From positions 37,988-101,987 of the forward strand of contig CAKOTA010000002.1 of NCBI GenBank assembly GCA_934119965.1: 64,000 nt of DNA, read 5' to 3'. This stretch comes from an uncultured Bacilli bacterium. GTDB taxonomy: Bacteria; Bacillota_I; Bacilli_A; RF39; UBA660. A model generated the notes under the pieces. It was not told where the DNA came from, made no database searches, and saw only the letters and a program-made list of their open reading frames with translations. Positions 27,122-37,336 of the stretch are shown piece by piece. How positions within the stretch are numbered: the first letter of the stretch is position 1; the number at the start of each line of letters is the position of its first letter. Made by a program: the position numbers and the translations under genes.

Positions 27122-27394
27122 TTATTTTTTACCTTTGTCATCGCCATGTCCACCAAATTTACGTGTTAATGCAAATTCTCCTAATTTATGTCCAACCATA
27201 TCTTCTGTTACATAAACAGGAATAAATTCTTTACCATTATGAACAGCAAATGTGTGTCCAATAAATTCAGGATAAATTGTTGAACGGCGAGACCATGTTT
27301 TAATAACTTCTTTTTTACCTGATTCGTTTGCTTTTTTAACCTTATTCATTAAATGTCCATCTATGAATGGTCCTTTTTTTAAGCTTCTTGCCAT
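27122..27394 (-). CDS. rpsS: 30S ribosomal protein S19
   Basis: [19 protein letters not shown]...[35 protein letters not shown]. Confidence 0.97.
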   Translation of the reverse strand: MARSLKKGPFIDGHLMNKVKKANESGKKEVIKTWSRRSTIYPEFIGHTFAVHNGKEFIPVYVTEDMVGHKLGEFALTRKFGGHGDDKGKK

Positions 27395-27410
27395 TTAAAT
27401 CATCCTTTCA

Positions 27411-28244
27411 CTATTTTGTTTTACGACGACGAACAATTAACTTATCAGAAGCTAGTTTGTTCTTACGTGTTTTATATCCTAATGCTGGTTTACCCCAAGG
27501 AGTAACTGGACCTTTACGACCGATTGGTGCACGTCCTTCACCACCACCATGTGGATGGTCATTAGGGTTCATAACTGATCCACGAACTGTAGGTCTAATA
27601 CCCATATGTCTTTTACGACCAGCTTTTCCTAAGCTTACTAATTCATAGTCAGCATTTCCAACTTCACCAATAGTAGCTCTACAAGTACTTAATACTTTAC
27701 GAACTTCACCACTAGTTAAACGTAATAATGTATATTTACCTTCGCGTCCTAATATTTGAACACTTGATCCAGCTGAACGAGCCATTTGGCCACCTTTACC
27801 TGCAGTAAGTTCTACATTATGTACCATAGTTCCTTCCGGAATATTTGCAAGTGGTAATGAGTTACCAACTTTAATGTCAGCATTTTCTCCACTTTCAATA
27901 ACATTTCCAACTTTTAAACCTTTTGGAGCTAAAATATATCTTTTTTCTCCATCTTTATATGTAATTAAAGCAATGTTAGCAGATCTATTTGGATCGTATT
28001 CAATAGTAGTAACAACTCCTTCAATACCATCTTTATCTCTTTTAAAATCAATAATTCTGTATTTTCTTTTAGCTCCACCACCACGGTGTCTAACTGTTAT
28101 TCTACCTTGATTATTACGTCCACCATTTTTCTTTAGTGTAACTAATAATGATTTTTCTGGAGTACTTGTAGTAATTTCTTCATTTACTAATTTAGACATA
28201 CCACGAGTACCATTAGTCATTGGTTTATAACTTTTGATAGCCAT
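27411..28244 (-). CDS. rplB: 50S ribosomal protein L2
   Basis: ...[19 protein letters not shown]...[22 protein letters not shown]... Confidence 0.97.
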   Translation of the reverse strand: MAIKSYKPMTNGTRGMSKLVNEEITTSTPEKSLLVTLKKNGGRNNQGRITVRHRGGGAKRKYRIIDFKRDKDGIEGVVTTIEYDPNRSANIALITYKDGEKRYILAPKGLKVGNVIESGENADIKVGNSLPLANIPEGTMVHNVELTAGKGGQMARSAGSSVQILGREGKYTLLRLTSGEVRKVLSTCRATIGEVGNADYELVSLGKAGRKRHMGIRPTVRGSVMNPNDHPHGGGEGRAPIGRKGPVTPWGKPALGYKTRKNKLASDKLIVRRRKTK

Positions 28245-28262
28245 ATTTATCTTCTCCTAACA

Positions 28263-28541
28263 TTAATTAAGTTCAATTGAACTTCCTTCTTTTAATTTAA
28301 CAATTGCTTTTTTAACTTTATTTGTTTTACCAACATAACGTCCAACTCTTCTTTTTTTAGGTTTTACGTTTATTGTATTTACACTTTCAACTTTAACATT
28401 GAATATTGATTCAATTGCTTGTTTAATTTGTGTTTTGTTAGCATTTACATCAACACTAAATGTAATAATGTTTTTGCTTGCTAAATCTGAAGTTTTTTCA
28501 GTTATGATTGGTGCTTTAATAATATCTCTATAGTTATTCAT
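28263..28541 (-). CDS. rplW: 50S ribosomal protein L23
   Basis: ...[46 protein letters not shown]... Confidence 0.94.
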   Translation of the reverse strand: MNNYRDIIKAPIITEKTSDLASKNIITFSVDVNANKTQIKQAIESIFNVKVESVNTINVKPKKRRVGRYVGKTNKVKKAIVKLKEGSSIELN

Positions 28542-29164
28542 TAAACAAGCACCTCCTCTATAGATTTAACTGCTGCTTCAGTAATAATCATATTATCTGC
28601 TGCAACAATATCTAATGTATTAATTTCATTTGCTTGAAGTAAATTAACATTTTTTAAATTACGTGTAGCTAAAATAATGTTTTCATCTAATTCATCAACT
28701 ACTATTAATACATTTTTGTTTGTTTTTAAATTTGAAAGAATTGATTTAACTTCTTTTGTTTTATTTGATTCTAATTTAATTGAATCTAAAACGATTAATT
28801 CTTTATCGATTACTTTATAAGCTAAAGCTGATTTTAAAGCTAATCTTCTTTCTTTTCTATTCATTTTTTTATCATATGATCTCATATGTGGTCCAAATAC
28901 GATTCCACCATGATACCATTGAGCAGCACGGATACTACCTTGACGGGCACGACCTGTACCTTTTTGTCTCCAAGGTTTTCTTCCTCCACCGCTTACTTCA
29001 CTACGTGTTTTTGTTTCATGAGTACCTTGTCTCATAGCATTTCTTGCTAATGTAATTGCATCGTATAATACTGCATCATTTGGAACAATTCCCCAAACTT
29101 CTGCTTTTAAAGTTAAGTCACTAACCTTTTCACCTTTAATATTTAATACAGAGATTTTTGTCAT
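28541..29164 (-). CDS. rplD: 50S ribosomal protein L4
   Basis: ...[39 protein letters not shown]... Confidence 0.96.
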   Translation of the reverse strand: MTKISVLNIKGEKVSDLTLKAEVWGIVPNDAVLYDAITLARNAMRQGTHETKTRSEVSGGGRKPWRQKGTGRARQGSIRAAQWYHGGIVFGPHMRSYDKKMNRKERRLALKSALAYKVIDKELIVLDSIKLESNKTKEVKSILSNLKTNKNVLIVVDELDENIILATRNLKNVNLLQANEINTLDIVAADNMIITEAAVKSIEEVLV

Positions 29165-29176
29165 CTATATTACCTC

Positions 29177-29920
29177 CTAGTTTTCTTCTGCTACTTCTGT
29201 AGCTTCTGCCTTTTCAACAGTTTCTTCAGTAGTTTCAGTAGTTACTTCTTTTTCAGTATAGCAAACTAAGTTTTCGCTTTCGTTTACTTTACCTGGATTT
29301 TTAACAGAAGATTTAATAATTACTAAAGATTTTTTAGGTCCTGGTATGCTTCCCTTAACTAAAATGCAATTATTTTCTAAGTCAACTGCAACTATTTCTA
29401 AGTTTTGAATAGTTACTGTTAATGTACCCATATGTCCTGGTAATTTTTTACCCTTAAATACACGCATTGGTCTCATTGTTCCCATTGAACCTGGTCCTCT
29501 ATGATAATGTGAACCGTGTCCCATAGGTCCAGTACTTTGTCCATGGCGTTTAATAACACCTTGGAACCCATGTCCTTTAGTAGTTCCTGTTACATCAACT
29601 ACTTCTCCTACTGTAAAGATATCAGCTTTCACTTCTTGTCCTACAGTATACTCACTAACATCTACACCTCTAATTTCTTTAAAGAAGCGCTTAGGTGTAG
29701 TGTTTGCTTTGTTGGTAATTCCAACAGACGCTTTAGTCGCTAACTTTTCTCTTTTTGTATCAAAACCTAGTTGAATTGCATCATAACCATCGTTTGCTAC
29801 TGTTTTAATTTGTGTTACAACATTTGGTTCAACAGAAACGATTGTTACAGGAATTAATTTACCAGATTCTGTAAATACTTCAGTCATTCCAATTTTACGA
29901 CCTAAGATTCCTTTTTTCAT
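29177..29920 (-). CDS. rplC: 50S ribosomal protein L3 (with about 35-aa acidic C-terminal extension)
   Basis: [28 protein letters not shown]...[32 protein letters not shown]... The tail is [25 protein letters not shown]. Confidence 0.95.
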   Translation of the reverse strand: MKKGILGRKIGMTEVFTESGKLIPVTIVSVEPNVVTQIKTVANDGYDAIQLGFDTKREKLATKASVGITNKANTTPKRFFKEIRGVDVSEYTVGQEVKADIFTVGEVVDVTGTTKGHGFQGVIKRHGQSTGPMGHGSHYHRGPGSMGTMRPMRVFKGKKLPGHMGTLTVTIQNLEIVAVDLENNCILVKGSIPGPKKSLVIIKSSVKNPGKVNESENLVCYTEKEVTTETTEETVEKAEATEVAEEN

Positions 29921-29929
29921 ATTTTCCTC

Positions 29930-30238
29930 CTATAATTTTATTTGAATGTCAACACCACTTGGGATTTCTAGATGAGTTAAAGCATCTATTGTCTCCTTGC
30001 TTGGATTGTTAACAACAATAAGTCTTTTGTGTGTTCTTTTTTCGAATTGTTCTCTCGAATCTTTATATTTGTGAACTGCTCTTAAGATTGTTATCTTTTC
30101 GATTTCAGTTGGTAGTGGAATTGGTCCACTTACTTCGCCACCTGTTCTTTTAACAGTATCAACTATTTTAGCGCAAGCTTTATCTAATGATTTGTGTTCA
30201 AAAGCTTTTAATTTAATACTAATTTTAGTTTTAGACAT
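29930..30238 (-). CDS. rpsJ: 30S ribosomal protein S10
   Basis: ...[66 protein letters not shown]... Confidence 0.96.
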   Translation of the reverse strand: MSKTKISIKLKAFEHKSLDKACAKIVDTVKRTGGEVSGPIPLPTEIEKITILRAVHKYKDSREQFEKRTHKRLIVVNNPSKETIDALTHLEIPSGVDIQIKL

Positions 30239-30371
30239 ATTGTTCCTCCTTTCGCCTATATCTCAGTATAGACTTGCTCCGTGTAAAAACCCGATATTCA
30301 TTTTAAATTTCTTAACAACTTAACCTGGAGTATCGGCAACCTCACACATCAATGCATGCCACACATAAACC

Positions 30372-30400
30372 ATTATACACAATAATTATATGAAAAGCAA
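30372..30400 (-). promoter_or_regulatory. sigma-A type promoter of the S10 operon
   Basis: Minus strand TTGCTT (30395-30400), 17 nt, TATAAT (30372-30377). This leaves a roughly 125-nt 5' leader before rpsJ. Confidence 0.6.
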
Positions 30401-30433
30401 GGCTTTTTTGAACTTTTTATAGAAAAAAAGTAG

Positions 30434-31969
30434 CTATGCTACCTTTTGTTTTTGTTTTGGTTTTTCTTCCAATTCTTTTTTTATCATTTCTAAATATGTA
30501 TATTTTGTTATTGGAATATCTTCTTTAACTAATGAATTAATTATTTTTATTTTTTGTTTTCTATCTAATTCAACTTGATTTCCATATGAATTTATTAAAT
30601 AGCTTGCTTTTATTAGTAATGATGGATTAACTAATTCATCGTTTTTATATTTTTCATAAAATTCATTAAATATAATATAATCGGTTTTAGTACAAACCTT
30701 TTTAGCAATCATATTGAGTTCATTTAAATTTATCTTAGTAATATTATAGTAATCAATTATTCCAAATTTTTCGTTATTTTTTAGTTCAATAATTATTCTA
30801 AATATAATTGGAGTTTCTTTATTGTATAATTTTTGATTATATTTTCTTAATTTTTCGATAAATTTTAGATAATTTTTTTTATCTAATTTTGCCGCCACTT
30901 TTAGAGCTATAGTAAATTTTTTTATAGATATATTTTTTTCTTTACAATAAATTCTATAATCTAAATTACTGCTTTCGTTGTAATCTTCAATTATTTTAAT
31001 CAAATCCATTATTGTTTGTTTTTGCTTTAACATTTTATCAGATATATTTTTCTTTGCTTGTGTTTTCCTAATGTTTTCTTCTTCTTTTTTAAGTTTAATG
31101 GCATCTTCTTTTTTATTACGATGATCAATATAACTATAGTAAACATCTATTATTTTATTTAATTTATTTACATCTGTTTCCGGATAACTTATAACATATG
31201 GATTTATTGATGTTTTTAAGTATGTCCTATTCAGATTTTTTTGATTAATTAAATATAATAATATGTCTTCCATTTTATCCATATTCAAAATATGATTGAA
31301 TATTTTTACATATCTGGCATTATTTTCTCTATGTTTAATTTTAGCTTCATCGCATTTATTTTTTTCTTCACTAGTTGCATATTTATCATAGTAGTTATTT
31401 GTATAATTTTTAATTGTTTTAGGAGATATGAAATATTTTTCAGTCAAATTATTTATTTGATTGTCATCAAAGCTAGATTCCACACACACATCAAATATAT
31501 CTTTATATTTTTCTTTTGTTTGTTTTTCTTTTTGTTCTAATGTTTGATTTTTTTTCTGGATTCTTATTTCATCAAAAATTTGTCTTTCTTTATCTGTTGC
31601 ATATTTATCATAGTAATGCATCGGATATCTTTTAGCAGTTGCTACTGATATTCTTGAAGATATAGCTACCTCATCATAGTATTCTTCAGTGTCTTCATTC
31701 TTAATATATTTTATAAACGCTTCACGATATTTGTTTTTTAATTGTTCAAATTTATTGTTTTTTTTAGTTTTTATGATGTTATCATATAAACTTTTTTCTT
31801 CTATATTAGCCAACATATTGTAATATATTTCCGAATATAGTAAAAATTGTCTTCTTGATATTGTATATTTTAATATATTATAAGAAGGTTTATATACATT
31901 TTTTGTGTCAACAAAATATTCAAAACATTTTTTGCATATTTCTTTTTGCTCATCATTTAATATTTTCAT
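30434..31969 (-). CDS. hypothetical 511-aa Lys/Asn/Tyr-rich protein with repeated HTH-like modules
   Basis: Long intact ORF with strong SD GAAGGAGG. Internal repeat ISSRISVATAKRYPMHYYDKYATDKERQIFDEIRIQKKNQ / ISPKTIKNYTNNYYDKYATSEEKNKCDEAKIKHRENN. I recognised no family. Confidence 0.6.
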   Translation of the reverse strand: MKILNDEQKEICKKCFEYFVDTKNVYKPSYNILKYTISRRQFLLYSEIYYNMLANIEEKSLYDNIIKTKKNNKFEQLKNKYREAFIKYIKNEDTEEYYDEVAISSRISVATAKRYPMHYYDKYATDKERQIFDEIRIQKKNQTLEQKEKQTKEKYKDIFDVCVESSFDDNQINNLTEKYFISPKTIKNYTNNYYDKYATSEEKNKCDEAKIKHRENNARYVKIFNHILNMDKMEDILLYLINQKNLNRTYLKTSINPYVISYPETDVNKLNKIIDVYYSYIDHRNKKEDAIKLKKEEENIRKTQAKKNISDKMLKQKQTIMDLIKIIEDYNESSNLDYRIYCKEKNISIKKFTIALKVAAKLDKKNYLKFIEKLRKYNQKLYNKETPIIFRIIIELKNNEKFGIIDYYNITKINLNELNMIAKKVCTKTDYIIFNEFYEKYKNDELVNPSLLIKASYLINSYGNQVELDRKQKIKIINSLVKEDIPITKYTYLEMIKKELEEKPKQKQKVA

Positions 31970-32075
31970 ATATGCCTCCTTCTAATAACCCACTATCTAT
32001 TATCAATATATCATTTGATATTGCTATTTTCAATAATTCAAATTTATTTTATTTAAATTTTACAATTTTTATGTA

Positions 32076-32102
32076 AAGAAAAAAGTACTAAATTTAGTAC
32101 TT
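32076..32102 (-). terminator. rho-independent terminator after rpsR
   Basis: 8-bp stem AAGTACTA/TAGTACTT, 4-nt loop, T-run on the minus strand. Overlaps the rpsR stop. Confidence 0.65.
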
Positions 32103-32319
32103 ATTTTACGAATGGTATTAAAGCCATAAATCTTGCTTTTTTTACCTCATTAGCTATATGTCTTTGATGTTCAGCACAAGCGCCTGTAATTCTTCTTGGT
32201 AAGATTTTACCTTTATCAGCACTTATGTATTTTTTCATTACTTCAACATCTTTGTAATCTACTGATTTTCCAGCACACATTTGACATATTTTTTTCTTTT
32301 TTCTATAAAATTCAGCCAT
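32101..32319 (-). CDS. rpsR: 30S ribosomal protein S18
   Basis: ...[50 protein letters not shown]. Confidence 0.95.
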   Translation of the reverse strand: MAEFYRKKKKICQMCAGKSVDYKDVEVMKKYISADKGKILPRRITGACAEHQRHIANEVKKARFMALIPFVK

Positions 32320-32335
32320 TTGATTTCCTCCTATA

Positions 32336-32791
32336 TTATTCTAAGAAGTTATCATCGATAGATACGCTATCACCAAAGTCAGCAAATGGGTCATCTTCAA
32401 CATTAACATCATTTACTGGGGTTGCATCTTGATAGTCATATGGACTTTCAGTTGATGCGCTATTAGCTCTAGCTGCTTTACTCTCAACGAAGTGGAATTG
32501 TTCTAATACAACATCTGTTGTATATCTTTTGTTTCCATCTTGTCCGTCATAACTTCCTGTTTGTAAACGACCTTCGATTGCTATTTGATTTCCTTTATCA
32601 AAGTAATTACAAATTACTTCCGCTTGTTTTCTCCAAGCTATTATATTAATGAAATCAGCATCTCTAGTTCCGTCTTGATTATTGAATTGTCTATTAACAG
32701 CTACTGTAAATCTAACATATGGTACATTTGAACCAGTATATCTTATTTCAGGTTTTGCTGTTATTCTTCCTAGTAAAATTACTTTATTCAT
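32336..32791 (-). CDS. ssb: single-stranded DNA-binding protein
   Basis: [34 protein letters not shown]... OB fold, with acidic tail ...[19 protein letters not shown]. Confidence 0.95.
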   Translation of the reverse strand: MNKVILLGRITAKPEIRYTGSNVPYVRFTVAVNRQFNNQDGTRDADFINIIAWRKQAEVICNYFDKGNQIAIEGRLQTGSYDGQDGNKRYTTDVVLEQFHFVESKAARANSASTESPYDYQDATPVNDVNVEDDPFADFGDSVSIDDNFLE

Positions 32792-32802
32792 ATTTTACCT
32801 CA

Positions 32803-33093
32803 CTATTTTCCTATTTTTGTTATTAAGTGACGAACTATATCACTGCTTATTAGAGCTAAACGATCAAATTCTTTAATAGCTTTATCATCGTTAGCTTCTA
32901 CTTCGAATACAAAGTAATATCCACTTTTGAAATCTTTAATTTCGTAAGCTAATTCTCTTTGTCCCATTTCTTTTGTTTCAGTTACTTTACCACCATTATC
33001 TTTAATTACTTTAGCAAAGTTGTTACTTACTTTTTTTATTTCATCTTCGCTTAATGTTGGTCTAACTATAAACATAATTTCATAGTTTCTCAT
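32803..33093 (-). CDS. rpsF: 30S ribosomal protein S6
   Basis: MRNYEIMFIVRPTLSEDEIKKV...GQRELAYEIKDFKSGYYFVFEVEA... Confidence 0.95.
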   Translation of the reverse strand: MRNYEIMFIVRPTLSEDEIKKVSNNFAKVIKDNGGKVTETKEMGQRELAYEIKDFKSGYYFVFEVEANDDKAIKEFDRLALISSDIVRHLITKIGK

Positions 33094-33166
33094 TTTTACA
33101 CCTCCTCTTGGTCTTTGGCTTCAATTGAAGCAAGGAGTAAATTAATACTCGCAAATGATTATAACA
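33094..33166 (-). promoter_or_regulatory. rpsF promoter (extended -10) plus 5' leader hairpin (candidate S6:S18 autoregulatory leader)
   Basis: Minus strand TGTTATAAT (33158-33166). The leader contains the perfect 14-nt palindrome GCTTCAATTGAAGC (33118-33131) about 20 nt upstream of the SD GAGGAGG. Confidence 0.4.
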
Positions 33167-33209
33167 AAAAAAACTATTAAAGTAAATAGTTTTTAATATT
33201 ATATTTATT

Positions 33210-33716
33210 TTATTTCTTAATATTACTAGTAAATGTATATATTAAATCTAAAAACATAATTATGGATATTACTATTGTTATTGATAATGGTATTTTTGAA
33301 ACTATTTTTTCAAATAGTGGATTTATTATATATATGAATAATACTGTCGCTATTCCCCATATTAAAGTCATTTCTAACGATATATAATGTCCTATATGAT
33401 ATTTATGTTTAGTATAATCCCAAAATACAACATTAAAGTTCTTTTCAATTAATATTCCACCTATTAGTTCAATACAAGATAAAAATATTCCTACTATAAA
33501 AAATACTATTATTGTTTCTAACCATCTAGGCATGTGCAAATTCATAAAAAAATAGTGTGACAAGAGAAGAATTGCTACAACGCCTATTCCATATACAGGA
33601 GTCCAAGGTCCATTCATAAATCCGCTATTATAATTAGTTTTAGTTACTATTCCTAATCCAGTTTCTAATAAATATCCAATTATTGAATAAAATATAAAAC
33701 AATTTAAATAATACAT
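33210..33716 (-). CDS. polytopic membrane protein of the 'putative ABC-transporter type IV' (PF06541-like) family
   Basis: FIFYSIIGYLLETGLGIV...NSGFMNGPWTPVYGIGVVAILL pattern. Start set to ATG 33716, because the track ORF overlaps the upstream gene's terminal region. Confidence 0.6.
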   Translation of the reverse strand: MYYLNCFIFYSIIGYLLETGLGIVTKTNYNSGFMNGPWTPVYGIGVVAILLLSHYFFMNLHMPRWLETIIVFFIVGIFLSCIELIGGILIEKNFNVVFWDYTKHKYHIGHYISLEMTLIWGIATVLFIYIINPLFEKIVSKIPLSITIVISIIMFLDLIYTFTSNIKK

Positions 33717-33771
33717 ATAATCACCATTATTAGTATTATATTTTTTATTATAATTAAACAAAAAAAGTAGA

Positions 33772-34407
33772 TTAATCTCTACTTTTTCCAAATAGTCTTA
33801 ACAAATCTAATAATATATTAATAAAATCTAAGTATAATTGTAGTGCTCCATAGATTGCTAAATTATCTTCATCCATTTCATCTTCTAGTAATTTTACCTT
33901 TTGCATATCATATGCAGTATAACCTAAGAATACTATTACTGATATTGATGAAATAATTATATCAAATGTGCTATTATCTAAGAAAATATTTATTAGTACA
34001 CATATTATTACTCCAAATAGCATCATAAGTAAAAATGTTCCTAATTTAGTTAAATCTAATGATGTATAATTTCCAATTAAGGCAAATACACCAAACAATA
34101 ATGATGCTACTAAGAATATAAGCATTATTGAGCTTAATTCATATACTAAGAATATTGATGAAAATGTTAGTCCTGTTAGAAATGAGTACAATAAGAATGA
34201 TATTCTAGCTGTTGTTGGACTCATCTTTCTAATTCTTGCAGTTAAAAATATAACTGTTATGAATTCTGCTATTATTGCAAATATAAATCCATTGTTTTGA
34301 AATAAGAATATTAATATATTTTCATTTGTTGATACATAAATACCTGTTACGAATGTTACTAATAACCCTAAAAACATCCATAAAAATACTTTTGAATAAA
34401 TTTTCAT
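33772..34407 (-). CDS. Bax inhibitor-1/YccA family membrane protein
   Basis: 7-TM protein, ...GYTAYDMQKVK... and C-terminal ...IYGALQLYLDFINILLDLLRLFG. Confidence 0.8.
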   Translation of the reverse strand: MKIYSKVFLWMFLGLLVTFVTGIYVSTNENILIFLFQNNGFIFAIIAEFITVIFLTARIRKMSPTTARISFLLYSFLTGLTFSSIFLVYELSSIMLIFLVASLLFGVFALIGNYTSLDLTKLGTFLLMMLFGVIICVLINIFLDNSTFDIIISSISVIVFLGYTAYDMQKVKLLEDEMDEDNLAIYGALQLYLDFINILLDLLRLFGKSRD

Positions 34408-34422
34408 TTTATCTCTCCTTTA

Positions 34423-35523
34423 CTAAACATTAAATCTAAAGTGACAGATATCTCCATCTTCCATTAGATATTCTTTACCTTCAATTCTTAATCTTCCAGC
34501 TTCTTTTACTTTTAATTCGGTGCCATATTTTTCTAAGTCATCATAACTCATTACTTCTGCTCTTATAAATCCTTTTTCAAAATCGCTATGAATTATTCCT
34601 GCACATTCTGGAGCTTTCATTCCTTTTTTAAATGTCCAAGCTTTGCATTCATCAGTACCTGCTGTGAAATAAGTGGCTAAACCCAATAATTTATAAGTTG
34701 CTGTTATTAGTTTTTCTAATCCTGCTTCTTTGATTCCTAAATCATTTAAAAATTCTATTCTTTCCTCATCAGTTAAATCACATAACTCTGATTCTATTTT
34801 AGCAGATACTGTAATTACTTCAGCATTTTCTTTTGAAGCATATTCTCTTACTTTATCAACATATTCATTACCATCATTGATTAAGTCTGTATCAGCTATG
34901 TTAGCCATATAAATAATTGGTTTTAATGTTAATAAATTAAAAGCTTTTATCATAAACAATTCATCTTTGGTAAATTCCACTTTTCTAAGTGGTATATTTT
35001 TTTCTAAGTTTTCTTTTATTTTATTTAATAACTCAACTTCTATTTTTGTTTCTTTATCTTTAGACATTGCTGCCTTTTTACCAATTCTATTTAATCTATT
35101 ATTTATCACTTCTAAATCTGCAAGCATTAATTCAACATTAATTATTTCAATATCGCGAATTGGATCTACTTTTCCTTCTACATGAATTATATCATTGTTT
35201 TCAAAACATCTAACTACTTCTACAATTGCATCTACTTCTCTAATATGTGACAAAAATTTATTACCTAAACCTTCGCCAACTGATGCGCCTTTTACTAATC
35301 CAGCTATATCAGTATATTCAATTGTAGCTGGTACTAATGATTTTGGATTATATAATTTTTGTAAAAAATCTAATCTTTTATCAGGAACCACTACTACTCC
35401 AACATTAGGATCTATTGTGGCAAAAGGATAGTTAGCTGCTAATATCTTTTGTTTTGTTATTGCATTGAACAATGTACTTTTACCAACATTTGGTAAACCT
35501 ACTATTCCTGCTGTTAATCCCAT
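34423..35523 (-). CDS. ychF: redox-regulated/ribosome-binding ATPase YchF
   Basis: GIVGLPNVGKSTLFNAIT, ATIEYTDIAGLVKGAS, C-terminal ...GIIHSDFEKGFIRAEV... Confidence 0.95.
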   Translation of the reverse strand: MGLTAGIVGLPNVGKSTLFNAITKQKILAANYPFATIDPNVGVVVVPDKRLDFLQKLYNPKSLVPATIEYTDIAGLVKGASVGEGLGNKFLSHIREVDAIVEVVRCFENNDIIHVEGKVDPIRDIEIINVELMLADLEVINNRLNRIGKKAAMSKDKETKIEVELLNKIKENLEKNIPLRKVEFTKDELFMIKAFNLLTLKPIIYMANIADTDLINDGNEYVDKVREYASKENAEVITVSAKIESELCDLTDEERIEFLNDLGIKEAGLEKLITATYKLLGLATYFTAGTDECKAWTFKKGMKAPECAGIIHSDFEKGFIRAEVMSYDDLEKYGTELKVKEAGRLRIEGKEYLMEDGDICHFRFNV

Positions 35524-35608
35524 ACATATAACCTCGTTTCATATATTATTATATCATTATCTTCAAATAAAGAAAAGAAAAAACTGGTTTAATATCTTTT
35601 GATACAAC

Positions 35609-35639
35609 TAAAAACATATTCTACAATGTAGAATATGTT
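35609..35639 (-). terminator. hairpin terminator overlapping the end of the AbgT-family gene
   Basis: 12-bp perfect stem AACATATTCTAC/GTAGAATATGTT (35613-35624, 35628-35639), 3-nt loop, short T-run. Confidence 0.5.
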
Positions 35640-37147
35640 CCTATTCCTATTGGTAAACCAATTATATACCACAATATTATTATTAATAACATTACTAATG
35701 CCATTATCAATATAATTGGCATAATTATTTTTAATGTTCCAAATACACTTACTTGATTTTTTTCACTTACCCTATATTTTTCTATAAATGCTAACATTAT
35801 TATGTAATAAATGAATACAGGTGTCATTGATTTTCCTAATCCGTCAGCTATTTTAAATACAAATTGAGCCATATTTGGAGTAATATTTGATCTCATAAAT
35901 AGTGGGATTGCAACTGGGGATACAATTTCCCATTTAGCAATTGAACTCGGCATTAGGAAACTCATTAATATTATAATAATAAAGAATATTACTATCAAGA
36001 ATATACCAGACATTTCCAATGTACTCATTAAATCCATTAATTTTGTTCCTATTACAACGCCAATATTAGACCATTCAATTATAGCTATTAATTGGGCTCC
36101 AAAGAACATAAGTACAAACATAAAGCCAAGATTTTCAAATGTTTTTGACATACTTAAACTGAATTCATGACTATTTTTTATGTTTCCAGAAAATTTTCCA
36201 TAAAGCATACCACATGTAATCATTATTATAGTAATTATTATGATTAAACCATTACCAAATGCTGAGTTAGCACCTAATAATTGTTCCATATATCTGTCAG
36301 CGCTTTTATCTAATAATATACCTGCTCCTATTGTATTAATAGGTAATATCATATATATAAAAACTAAAGATAATAATAATCCACCCAATAATGATATTCT
36401 TTTTGCTTTTTTAGACACCACTAGTTCTTCTTCCTCATAAGAATATTTTTTTGGAAGTTTATTTACCAAAAATTTATTTATTACTATTGTTCCAATTAAG
36501 GAAACAACTATTGTCGAGAAAATCATTATATATAAATCTGAAAATAAATTATATTGGTAGTTTTTATCAATATTTACTGTTGCTGCTAATTCTGTTAGAT
36601 TTCCTAATAGATAGTCATTGTAATTGAAGAATAAACTAAATCCGTAACCTAATGTTATTCCTAAAAAAACTACGACTACTCCTAATATTGGGTTTTTCCC
36701 TAAATATTTATACATTACACCGATTAATGGTATCAATAAAATATAACTATTATCTCCTATTATAGATAGGACAATTCCTATAAATAATGTAATAAATATT
36801 ATTATGTTCAGTTTTACTCTTTTAAGAGGATTAAATATAGCATTTAATAGTCCACTTTTTTCACAAACACTTATTCCTAATAAAGATATAATTATCAATA
36901 TTAATGGTTCTAATAGTCTAAAATTATCAACTGCATTTCCTATTATAAATTTAATCCCATCAAGGCTTATAACATTTTTTACTGTAACTAAGACATTTTC
37001 CATTGTTCCATTTTGAATTACTGTTTTATATCCGTCTATTCCCAATAACGACATTATTAAACTGATTATACCAACTATGCCAATTAATATTAATAATACA
37101 GATACTGGACCATATAGCTTTTCTTTTTTCTTTTTTAATCTAGCCAT
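35621..37147 (-). CDS. AbgT-family (p-aminobenzoyl-glutamate type) transporter
   Basis: ...LDGIKFIIGNAVDNFRLLEPLILIIISLLGISVCEKSGLLNAIF...GDNSYILLIPLIGVMYKYLGKNPILGVVVVFLGITLGYGFSLFFNYNDYLLGNLTELAA follows the AbgT consensus pattern. Confidence 0.7.
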   Translation of the reverse strand: MARLKKKKEKLYGPVSVLLILIGIVGIISLIMSLLGIDGYKTVIQNGTMENVLVTVKNVISLDGIKFIIGNAVDNFRLLEPLILIIISLLGISVCEKSGLLNAIFNPLKRVKLNIIIFITLFIGIVLSIIGDNSYILLIPLIGVMYKYLGKNPILGVVVVFLGITLGYGFSLFFNYNDYLLGNLTELAATVNIDKNYQYNLFSDLYIMIFSTIVVSLIGTIVINKFLVNKLPKKYSYEEEELVVSKKAKRISLLGGLLLSLVFIYMILPINTIGAGILLDKSADRYMEQLLGANSAFGNGLIIIITIIMITCGMLYGKFSGNIKNSHEFSLSMSKTFENLGFMFVLMFFGAQLIAIIEWSNIGVVIGTKLMDLMSTLEMSGIFLIVIFFIIIILMSFLMPSSIAKWEIVSPVAIPLFMRSNITPNMAQFVFKIADGLGKSMTPVFIYYIIMLAFIEKYRVSEKNQVSVFGTLKIIMPIILIMALVMLLIIILWYIIGLPIGIGTYSTL

Positions 37148-37156
37148 ATTTACCTC

Positions 37157-37336
37157 CTATTTAATTACTTTTTTTAATTTTTTATTAAATTCTATTCTTG
37201 GAATCATTATACTACGGCCACAATTTAAACATTTTATTTTGATGTCAGCGCCCATTCTAATGATTTCCCATTCGTTTGTTCCACAAGGATGTTGTTTTTT
37301 CATTATTACTTTATCCCCTAAATTATACTCATGCAT
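37157..37336 (-). CDS. DUF951 family small protein (YyzM-like)
   Basis: Hand-found, 59 aa (just below the track cutoff): MHEYNLGDKVIMKKQHPCGTNEWEIIRMGADIKIKCLNCGRSIMIPRIEFNKKLKKVIK*. Its ATG overlaps the MscS stop (ATGCATGA). This family typically sits near parB/ychF in Bacillota. Confidence 0.85.
   Translation of the reverse strand: MHEYNLGDKVIMKKQHPCGTNEWEIIRMGADIKIKCLNCGRSIMIPRIEFNKKLKKVIK

Noticed and set aside
30421-30443. Hairpin GTAGC-TAT-GCTAC overlapping the stop of the 511-aa ORF, considered as a terminator
   Set aside because: The stem is only 5 bp. It is too weak to call, although it is followed by a T-run. The S10 promoter immediately downstream does not depend on it.
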